64,000 nt of DNA from positions 7,378,001-7,442,000 of the forward strand of contig OX442314.1 of NCBI GenBank assembly GCA_949358305.1, read 5' to 3'. This document shows positions 50,085-61,500 of this stretch, piece by piece (positions within the stretch are counted from its first letter, which is position 1; each line of letters opens with the position of its first letter). The position numbers were made by a program, and so were the translations under genes. The notes beneath the pieces were generated by a model. That model searched no databases. It worked only from the letters and a program-made list of their open reading frames with translations, and had not been told where the DNA came from. This DNA comes from Strigamia acuminata (lineage: Eukaryota).

Positions 50085-51545
50085 AAAATATAGAAATGAG
50101 ATGCAAAAATAAAATGTAGAAATGACATGCAAAAATAAAATGTAGAAATGACATGCAAAAATAAAATGTAGAAATGACATGCAAAAATAAAATGTAGAAA
50201 TGACATGCAAAAATAAAATGTAGAAATGACATGCAAAAATAAAATGTAGAAATGACATGCAAAAATAAAATGTAGAAATGACATGCAAAAATAAAATGTA
50301 GAAATGACATGCAAAAATAAAATGTAGAAATGAGATGCAAAAATAAAATGTAGAAATGACATGCAAAAATAAAATGTAGAAATGACATGCAAAAATAAAA
50401 TGTAGAAATGACATGCAAAAATAAAATGTAGAAATGACATGCAAAAATAAAATGTAGAAATGACATGCAAAAATAAAATGTAGAAATGAGATGCAAAAAT
50501 AAAATGTAGAAATGACATGCAAAAATAAAATGTAGAAATGACATGCAAAAATAAAATGTAGAAATGACATGCAAAAATAAAATGTAGAAATGACATGCAA
50601 AAATAAAATGTAGAAATGAGATGCAAAAATAAAATGTAGAAATGACATGCAAAAATAAAATGTAGAAATGACATGCAAAAATAAAATGTAGAAATGACAT
50701 GCAAAAATAAAATGTAGAAATGACATGCAAAAATAAAATGTAGAAATGAGATGCAAAAATAAAATGTAGAAATGACATGCAAAAATAAAATGTAGAAATG
50801 ACATGCAAAAATAAAATGTAGAAATGACATGCAAAAATAAAATGTAGAAATGACATGCAAAAATAAAATGTAGAAATGAGATGCAAAAATAAAATGTAGA
50901 AATGACATGCAAAAATAAAATGTAGAAATGACATGCAAAAATAAAATGTAGAAATGACATGCAAAAATAAAATGTAGAAATGACATGCAAAAATAAAATG
51001 TAGAAATGAGATGCAAAAATAAAATGTAGAAATGACATGCAAAAATAAAATGTAGAAATGACATGCAAAAATAAAATGTAGAAATGACATGCAAAAATAA
51101 AATGTAGAAATGACATGCAAAAATAAAATGTAGAAATGACATGCAAAAATAAAATGTAGAAATGACATGCAAAAATAAAATGTAGAAATGACATGCAAAA
51201 ATAAAATGTAGAAATGACATGCAAAAATAAAATGTAGAAATGACATGCAAAAATAAAATGTAGAAATGAGATGCAAAAATAAAATGTAGAAATGACATGC
51301 AAAAATAAAATGTAGAAATGACATGCAAAAATAAAATGTAGAAATGACATGCAAAAATAAAATGTAGAAATGACATGCAAAAATAAAATGTAGAAATGAC
51401 ATGCAAAAATAAAATGTAGAAATGACATGCAAAAATAAAATGTAGAAATGACATGCAAAAATAAAATGTAGAAATGACATGCAAAAATAAAATGTAGAAA
51501 TGACATGCAAAAATAAAATGTAGAAATGACATGCAAAAATTAAAT
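50085..51545. repeat. Highly homogeneous 26-bp satellite (aaatgacatgcaaaaataaaatgtag), about 56 units
   Basis: Direct reading; a single C>G variant unit recurs. Confidence 0.97.
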
Positions 51546-52159
51546 GCACGCATGAATGAGCAGATTAAAACAAGACCAGGGAATTATCAAAGGATTTCTT
51601 TTTAATCTTTACCTTCGAGTTTAATTTTTACCATTTTTCATTGTTATCTAAGCCTACAGGTCTAATCTGTTAGAAAACAGGAATGTTTTCTTTTGTGTTT
51701 GGTGTACCGGTATCTGATTGATTTTCATTTGATCATTTTAGGTTTGGGTTTAGCTGTTTATCATTTATGTTAGCCAGAGATTTGGAAAGGTTCAAATGCC
51801 TGGTGTTATATTTTATGTTTATAGCTGTGATATTGTATTTCCTTGTTTGGTCTGGTTTTGTAGCAATTATAACACTAGACACTTTACCGTGTATTTACAT
51901 AGGATAAATCTCCTATTTGTTATTGTTATAATGATTTGTTCTCTTTTGGCTATGGCAAGAGAATATACTCTTGTCCCAGTGCTTTTTCAACATTTTAAGT
52001 TTGCATTAAAAATGGCCGATGCATGTGTATCAGATTGCACACTCTTAAATAAAGTTATGGTTCCTTCTTGGTCGCACACAGGCGTTAAATGGTCAGCAAA
52101 TGACCAACATAATCTTGGTGTCATTTTTGAGATTCGTCCTTAGAAACCTATTCTTACAT

Positions 52160-53170
52160 TTCCAATGGCGAATCTAGGAAAATTCGCCATTGGAAATGTA
52201 ATTGGACCTTTCTAATGGCGAATTGGTAAACATTAAAACCAATTCGCCATTAGAAATGTAATTGGACTTTTCTAATGGCGAATTATAATAAATTCGCCAT
52301 TGGAAATGCATTGTAATTGAAGGAATTGGGGCCAGGACATCCACAGGACATCCACAGTTATTATTCAGCTGTTGGAACTCTTCTTGCTTGCATTGGTAAG
52401 AAGAATGAGTAATTAACGCATACAACATGTACACATAATAAAGGGGAAAAGACTCTGTGTTGTCTGCAGGAACTGATATGACCTGGCTCGACCCAAACTG
52501 ACTTAACATGACCTATTTCTAGGCCAGGTTAGGTCAGTTCAAGACAGATTAGGTCAGATCAAGTCTTTGGAATAAATTCATATCTTCATGTGAAATCTGC
52601 ATCCAATTGACATCAACAATGTCACTTGATCACATCTTTTGGATGTAAACCGGATGTCTCTGTTTTGTTGTGTTGTGTGGGTTTTAGGCTCATTTCTTTG
52701 CTACAGGTACTTTAATTTGCTTACCTGTGTTTGCAAACAAACTGAAATTATCTGATCCTATTATTGAATTAATTGGAAATGCCGCCACAGTTGTCAATCC
52801 AATCTTAGTGGCGTTTAGCACACAAACTTGGATGTAAATAAGTTGGAAACGTGAGAACGTTAATTTTACACCGAACGTTTAATTTTACACCGATTCGCCA
52901 TTGGAAACGTGTTTGGTCATTTCCAATGGCGAATCGGGTTTAAGTTTACACCAATTCGCCATTAGAAAGGTCAAATTACATTTCTAATGGCGAATCGGGT
53001 TTAATTTTATACCGATTCGCCATTGGAAACGTGTTTGGTCATTTCCAATGGCGAATGTGTGCAAATTCGCCATTGAAAATGTTTTTGGCGAAAAAATTTA
53101 TTTTTTCGCCATTAATCACTATGGCGAAATTCGCCCTTAGGCGATTCGCCGTTCGGACGGCACCCCGACT
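52160..53170. repeat. Foldback-like element built from aattcgccatt(g/a)gaaa / tt(c/t)caatggcgaat motifs
   Basis: Clusters of the motif in both orientations at 52160-52310 and 52890-53150 flank unrelated spacer DNA. Confidence 0.55.
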
Positions 53171-54462
53171 ATAAGAATGAACGTATTGAATTTGAAAACG
53201 TGTTGATCTAACACCAATATTTCAGTTGCTCCAAATAATAATCCAGAACTAAAGCAGGAATGCGTAAGTTTTAATAAAATTGGGACATTTTTACAATCGT
53301 AATAATTACTCAAATAATTACTCAGAAATTGTATTGGAAATTAAGTTTTATTTTCTAATTTGTGTCCACAATGTGTGATGACAAACAGAAGACAAAAACA
53401 GCGACCGATCTGACCCAAACTCAGAATAGTTGTAATTTTATTTTAAATTTTTTTTAATAAGCAATCTAACATTTAGCCTTGACCAACTGTGCATGAATCG
53501 ATGTGGAGAGTGGAGAACCGATCGAAGCGTGTGTGCCAAACTACCACCAGGCGTAGTGGCTGTGTTGGTTGGTCTGCGACGCATACGGGAAGTACTAGAT
53601 TTACTAAGGGGGATTAGGAAACACAAACTGCTTACAAGCTGGTGAAAATAGTTTTAGAAAATTGGATAAATTAAATTTGTGGTTAATTTCAATAAAAATA
53701 AACTAAATACAGAAAACATTTAAATAAGATATTGAATGTAATGACTGTGAATTAACAATCATTAAAAAGCTTAAATTTTGAATGATAATTTATCATTCAA
53801 AATTTAAGCTTTTTAATACAAATTTATCATTGATAAATTTGTATTTGAAAACTTAATTATGTACACAAAATGTAAATGAAATTCAATTTCAAAAAATTTG
53901 TACCGTTGTACATGTACAGGCTGGAATGTTTGGCGTGCAATCCAATCCAACCTGCATTTGACTCTATGGATTTTACTACGAAAACTTACTCGCGTTATGT
54001 ATCTACAAGTTCTCGAACTCGAAGCGTGTTCCATCATTCAAGATCTGGCTAATTTATTTAATTTAATTCAACGCAAATGAGCGTATTCCTTCGAATGGTA
54101 TTAATGTGAATGAATCTATTAATGTGTTTGTTGAGGGTTGTTTAGATTTCGATTAGGTGCAAAAACATTCAAACACTTTGACTTGTTAGTGTCAAATAAA
54201 TAGAATAATAGTAAATAAAATAAATAAGGCAATGAAAGCAATATTTGAGTGTTTATGCCAGGTTGAAAAGCAAATTTACTAACGTCAACTAATCTCCTTA
54301 CCGTAAGTGTAAATAAAATGGATGCCATGCCAGATTTATCAATTCTTCTTCACATACAAGTAATCTAATCATCCAGTGCACTGTATGTCTTTAAAACGTT
54401 CGCTCAACTGCTCAATCGCGTAACCTCGTAATCCGCCATTACCAGCCATGACCTTGCTGCAT

Positions 54463-57007
54463 GGGACAGGATAATTTGCGGAACCGCGGAACTGGCGGAA
54501 CAGGCGGAACCGATGGGTTTGTGGAAAACCCGGTATCGCCAATTCTGTGGAAACGGCGGAACGGCGGAACTAGATTGTTTCATTGCCAAATTCCGCTGAA
54601 CAAGCTGAAATATTGTAATCAAAATATCAAAATTAAACAAAAGTTTAATTAAATAGAAATAACCAAAAACAAAAATAAATAAAAATCAACAAAAATAAAA
54701 ATAAATAAAAATCAACAAAAATAAAAATAAATAAAAATAACCCAAAATAAAAGTACGATTGAAGTTTTGATACTAAATAATCTTATTTATTTATCATTTT
54801 ATCACGAGTTTTGTGCCTAAAAAATTAGATTTTACGCCCAACTTTTGTTTTTTACAATAAAAATGGTTTTTCCGTTTGATAAATTCGTTTTACACCGATG
54901 CAAATTAATTAATTGAGACAAAAAATTGATTTTGGCCAAAAAAATGAATTTTTGGCCAAAAAAATGAATTTTTGGCCAAAAAAATGAATTTTTGGCCAAA
55001 AAAATGAATTTTTGGCCAAAAAAATGAATTTTTGGCCAAAAAAATGAATTTTTGGCCAAAAAAATGAATTTTTGACCAAAAAATTCATTTGTGGTTCGAA
55101 AAAGGGTTTTTTGAGTCAGAAAATTGATTTTTGAGTCAAAAAATTCAATTTTGACTGAAAAAACTTAAATTTTGACAGAAAAAAATTAAATTTTGACAGA
55201 AAAAAATTAAATTTTGACAGAAAAAAATTAAATTTTGACAGAAAAAAATTAAATTTTTACAGAAAAAAATTAAATTTTGACTCAAAAAATTGAATTTTGA
55301 CAGAAAAAAATTAAATTTTGACTCAAAAAATTGAATTTTTTTACCAAAAATGAATTTTTTCACCAAAAATGAATTTTTTCACCAAAAATGAAATTTTTCA
55401 CCAAAAATGAAATTTTTCACCAAAAATGAAATTTTTCACCAAAAATAAAATTTTTCACCAAAAATGAAATTTTTCACCAAAAATGAAATTTTTCACCAAA
55501 AATGAAATTTTTCACCAAAAATGAAATTTTTCACCAAAAATAAAATTTTTCACCAAAAATGAAATTTTTCTCCAAAAATGAAATTTTTCACCAAAAATGA
55601 AATTTTTCACCAAAAATGAAATTTTTCACCAAAAATGAAATTTTTCACCAAAAATGAAATTTTTCACCAAAAATGAAATTTTTCACCAAAAATGAAATTT
55701 TTCACCAAAAATGAAATTTTTCACCAAAAATCAATTTTTTTGCCAAAATCAATTTTTAGTCTCAATTAATAAATTTGCATCGGTTTAAAACGAATTTATC
55801 AAACGGAAAAACTATTTTTATTGAAAAAAACGAAAGTTAGGCATAAAATCTAATTTTTTAGGCACAAAACTCGTGATAAAATGATAAATAAATAAGATTA
55901 TTTAGTATCAAAACTTCAATCGTACTTTTATTTTGGGTTTTTTTTATTTATTTTTATTTTTATTGATTTTTATTTATTTTTGTTTTTGGTAATTTTTATT
56001 TAATTAAACTTTTGTTTAATTTTGATATTTTTTTGGCCTGATCACAATATTTCAGCTTGTTCAGCGGAATTTGGCAATGAAACAATCTAGTTCCACCGTT
56101 CCGTCGTTTCCACAGAATCGCCAATTCTGCGGAAACGGCGGAACGGCTGAACAATAGCTATGGAGGTCAGGCAAAAATTAATTAAAATTAAAAATTAAAA
56201 TTTACAAAAGCAATCTTACAAAATTACAAATTCCAAGGTAACGAGTTGGATATTCTTTGTTTTCGATGTTTTTGTTTCAATTTGATAAGTTATGACTAAT
56301 TTGATACATCAATTTAAATGCCCTACCAAAAGCCCCAAAATCCAAAATTCAGAACTGATTTGTTGAAAATATTTTAACACTTAATGTGAAAAACTCCCCA
56401 TGACATCCAGCAGTTATAGTCTCAGTGAAATTAATCAACTACGAGTATTTTGTAAGGTTTAAAAAAAAATAACAAGAACTACATAAAATTTATCTACTTG
56501 CAACTGCAAAAAGATTTACAACTTTTTAAAATTAGCTTAACACGTAATTACGGTTGCTTTTTTAAAAAAAATTTAACGTAAAAAGCTTAAAAAATTAGGC
56601 GTTTAAACGAAATCAATTTCAAACATGAGCTCAGTGTGAATATGGCATTCTCTAATAAATGATTTATTCCTAGCAATTAGTATCTATCTGTTTAATGGGA
56701 GATTTTTTACAACATAGTGGTACATTGTTTTTTTCAAATCAAGAAAAATTAATACATTAAAACAAAACCCACTCGTTTATTTATTTTATTTTTTTGTTCT
56801 AATATATATTTTTATATATATTTCTACGTGCCAGTATCCAACCACGAACACAACAGTAATTTACAAATTTTATTTTCTCCCGATCAGCTTGTTCAGCTTG
56901 TTCCGCCGTTCCGCCGTTTCCGCAGAATTGGCGATTCCAGGTTTTCCTCAAACCCATCGGTTCCGCCTGTTCCGCCAGTTCCGCGGTTCCGCAAATTATC
57001 CTGTCCC
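54463..57007. mobile_element. Non-autonomous Mutator/Foldback-like element
   Basis: 9-bp TSD ttgctgcat; about 110-bp TIRs gggacaggataatttgcggaacc...; internal about 400-bp inverted repeat (54540-54935 vs 55740-56120) enclosing 19-22-bp minisatellites. Confidence 0.85.
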
Positions 57008-57959
57008 TTGCTGCATCACTTGCGGGTCGACTGGTTCCGACCGGTCGCTAAACCGCTTGCTTTCCGCCTAGCGTCAAAATTAACAAAACGACAAAAATGA
57101 TGAACAAATGATGACAAAATGATGACAAAATGATGACAGAAGAAGTCGAACAGAACGTGTTGTTGTTTGTTTGTAAACCGACCCGATGCGACGTGGATAT
57201 GCAATCTACAAATCCAGCCGGTTCGGTTCGGACTCAGCATTCGACTGGATCTGGCCCATCCGGTAATGGCGGAACGACGACCGATGAACAAGCCGAACGT
57301 TGGGATTGGATTGAATGATTTGACTGAATTAGCCGTTCGACGGTAAGACAAACTTGTTTATTAAATTTTTCAAAAAGGAAAGGCGTCGCACGAAATGTAA
57401 TAAATTAATTACTAATTAATAATAATTAGAATCGAATCGAATCCAATCCAATCCAAATTTTTTTAAAATAAGAAGTTTAATGCTTGGTTTGGAAAATTTG
57501 ATTAGAGAAAGTGAGTATATGGACATCCAGCACACATACTGAACACTAACTGGACCAAGGGAAATTATAGATACCAAAACACATTACATTTGGCTTGTGC
57601 ATAATCACAGTATAGATTTCTGAATCTGTGGCAAAGGAAAAAATGGTTAGAAGGACCTTTCTACTGTTCAAAAAACCGTATTGTTTCTGTCATTGAATGA
57701 ACCTATTAATGTTTTAAAACAACTTTTTTATTTTGTCATTTGAAAGTACAGCGTACATTTTAATAACTATTCTAAAAATAAATTATTTTAAACGAGTTAC
57801 ACCAGAAGGTTAAAATACAACTTTGAACATTTGATAAACATCTAACTTACATAGAAGATAAGCTACAGTCAATTACGGGGTAACTTTTAAAAACTACTGT
57901 GCATTTTCTATCCTTCTTTAAACTGAGGACTAATATGTGACATGTGATAGCTTTAAGGT

Positions 57960-58140
57960 CGCTATATTTTATTGCTTCTTACACCAATTATGACTGTTTA
58001 AAATGCAGATATAGAGAGACAGTAATGACATTCCAAACTTAATCCTACAATACTGCCGACATCGCTTAACAATTTAGACATTTGATAAGCTCGTTGCTCT
58101 TCTATACTCTCCAACAATGTATCAGGGAATTTCTTACTTA
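57960..58140 (-). pseudogene. Decayed extra copy of the ENaC last exon downstream of copy D
   Basis: Paralogous to 24361-24550 (DTLLESIEEQRAYQMSKLLSDVGSIVG...), with an indel in TM2. Confidence 0.7.
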
Positions 58141-58506
58141 TATTGTGGCAATTCTCATGTGAAAACTCAATGAGAATAGAGAGTTTATTTTGAAGGGCAA
58201 AAGTAGCAAACTTACTGCACCTTAACGTTGTAAAAATTTTTGAACAAGTTATTATTGCATGTTAAGAACGTTGCTAAGCAACTTTAACAATAATATGCGG
58301 TAGGGGTCTGAGTAACAACAATATTTCGCTGCATTGTGTACAGAAGTTTAGTGCAAAAATTAGTGCAACAATTTAATTTCGTGGCATTATAAACTAGCCT
58401 TTAAATGAACAACTGTAAACGATTAACAATACACTTAAGTTTAGAAGTAACATTTGAAAAAGTTTTAAATTGTCTTGCGCATAGATAGCTTTAATAATTT
58501 CATATT

Positions 58507-61500
58507 TTATTTCTTCTTTTGGAACCACATCGAAAAGCTCTTATTCTTACACCAAGTATAAGTGTTTAAAATGCAAACGTAGAAAGACAGCAAAGACATT
58601 CCTAAACCTAATCCTATGATACTACCGACATCGCTTAACAATTGAGATGTCGGATATGCCTGTTGCTCTTCAATACTCTCTAAGAAAGTATCAGAGAATT
58701 CAATAGTTATTAATGTGAAAGGAAAATTGAATATTTTTTGCTTATTGCCATGCAAAACAAATTTGTGAAAAGTATTTTCGCAAGGCAGTCTACATTTGCA
58801 TTGTTTTTGATTTGAGTCAAAATTCTTTAAATACATTAAATGAGCAGTAGTAATTTCTGCTGTTGTGTTACAAACTGGCAAGTCCGGCTTCCAGAAATAA
58901 GGTAATCTGAAACATTTACAAACAACTGTAGCATGTAACTTAACTGTCACAGCTAGGTGTTTTTTTTATAAACAACTTGTGTATGCGTATTTACAGTTAC
59001 AGTATGTGTTGCAAACAGGATAAAATCGGAATTGATATGTGTAAAAAGCGAAGTGTCTGGATTAGCTTACCTGCAGTTAATAGTTTGAAACAAATTGTTT
59101 TGGATGCAAGCATTTTTACACTTGAGATAAGAACTTTTGTTCTGCTCACATGGATTTTTCTTTGTATCTCTTCGTGTAGTCTATTTCATAAAATCAAAAT
59201 TAGTTAGAATGAAAGCATGGAAGAATTGTTTGTTTAATTTATTGCCTTAAGTACTCGAAGTGTTACTAAGTTGACCCAATCATACTTTAAAGTCAAAGGT
59301 GCCAAAATGTTAACGTCTTCATCCAGATTATTTAGGAAAAACTAAATATTATTATTATTCACAATGATGTGTATAGTATTTATCCATAATTGACAAAATG
59401 TTCTTTGACTAATCTTTGCATTCAATTACTCCATTGGAGTGTTGAATGCAATAAATAATAAATAAATATTACCTTCAGATCCTGGTCACATGGTTTGTGA
59501 GGAAATTCATTAAGTAATGTAATGTAAAGGTAAGAATTTAGGTCCTTTGATTTTTCTGAAAAGTATTGGAAAGGTCAGGATGAAAACTTCAGATGCATGA
59601 GTTCGTAGAACGAATTTTTAAAAGACAACAACCAATGCAGAGTTTTGTGAAACAAATGCAGAGTTTTGTAAAACATATGCAGAATTTTGTGAAACAAATG
59701 CAGAAGTTGATGTTTCATTCAAGGCAATTTTGCCCCAAGTCATTAATCACCTACCAGCAAAAAATAGATTTGGTGATTGATGAAAATCATACAAATAGTG
59801 TTGAACACCATCAGGTCCATCCAAAATAAATTTATTCTCTTCACTTTATTGGCCAGTTACGTGTTGTTGGATCAGCAATGATGATTTGGGGTAAAATTGC
59901 CTTGAATGAAACATCAGCTCTTGCATTTGGTCTCAAACTCCAGCATAGATGGCATTTTTTGAACAATTTTTTTATTTCTTTAATTTGATTTGAGCTATTG
60001 TCATATAATTTTACACAATGCTTTATTATCATGTATTATTATCATGTAAGTCAAAATTTGACGTACAACCAAGACACTTGGAGTAGTCTCAAACCTTTAA
60101 ATGGGAATTAAACACATCTTAATACTTATCGGAATACATCCTACCAGAATGGTGGTGGAAATGTTAAGGTTTGAGGTGCATTCAGCTATAAGGGAAAGAC
60201 CACCCTTGTCTTTATTTCTGGTAGGATGTATTCCGATAAGTTTTAAGATGTGTTTAATTCTCATTTATAGCCCTGGATGATAAGAATTGCTGGACAAAAG
60301 GCCATCTTTCAACAGGTAATGCTCCCATCCATGTATTCAAGGCAACATTGTTGGGAAGAAATTGATCAAATGGTTCTTCAAAAACTAATTGATGGGATGA
60401 AAGATTGAATTTGTAGACTAATTGAACATAAGGGAAGTTTCACAGGGTATTGAAAATGTATAAATCTGCAATTTTCACAATAAGAGATAATAATTTTGTG
60501 CAAGTAAAAATCTACAAATGCCAGAAATTTTAATATTTAAGTAAAATATTACTGCATAGCAGTGTAAATGGAAATATTATTTAATAATAAATATGATTTC
60601 ATTGTAATTCCTAGGCATTATCATTCCCAACACAACAATTGGAGAAATTTTAACACCGTGATAATTCTTTTGTGAGCACCTTATACGAGGTAGATTTTGG
60701 GCGTTTTGCGCATTGAAAACTGCATGTAAACATTTTTTCGTTCTAAGATATCACCGATTATAAGACGCACCCTGCTTTTAAAGGTATTTACTGTATTCTG
60801 TATAAATAAAAATGTATGTTTGTTTGTTACTGACCTCAAATCTCCAAAGGTTCTTCAACGATTGCTTTGAAATTTTGACAGAACATTGCATTGGAATAGG
60901 GGACTGTTGTTGTTAGGTTTTTATATAGATGTCACACCTGTGACAGGTAAAAACATGCTTTTTTGGATAAAAAGGGCCATCTAGTGGGCGTAAATACAAC
61001 ACACAACTCCACAGGATTTATTTCCCGGGATTTATTTCCACGGGAATAATTTCCATGGGATTCATTTCCAAGGGATTTATTTCCACGGAATTTATTTATG
61101 AGCCACAGCAACGCTTGGCCTGGGCACAGCTAGTATGGGAATAAAAGTGCATCTTAGAATCGATAAAATATGGTAATGCTGTTAATAAATGCCATAATAA
61201 AAACTCAGGGTGAAGCTGTGAGGTAAAGAGTGACAATAATAAAAACTAACTTAAATTGAACGCAAAAGCACATTACAATTACCTGTGTCAACTCGTGAAC
61301 AATTACCAAAAGGAAGTGGAATAGGATGCTTCGATATATTTAATTTAATTTTATATCCATATAACGCCTACAAAAACAATAATTTTCATTGATTGGTTTG
61401 TTTTGGGAATATAACATACTACTAGTACAGACATACCTCATTATCAATATCAATTGTGTCATGAATATTGAGTGTTTCCCAGATTTCGACAAGTGGAAAT

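Noticed and set aside
50054..51553. Three ORFs of about 490-499 aa on the minus strand
   Set aside because: Translation of a 26-bp satellite that has no stop codon on that strand; open in all three frames, so not a gene.
50085..55740. CRISPR-like appearance of regular short repeats
   Set aside because: No unique spacers, no cas genes, eukaryotic intron-containing context.
57130..57610. Plus-strand exon-like pieces (GIGLNDLTELAVRR|gtaag; NTLHLAC, ankyrin-like), also at 22960-23350
   Set aside because: Frames differ between the two copies, stops are present and no recognisable domain can be assembled.
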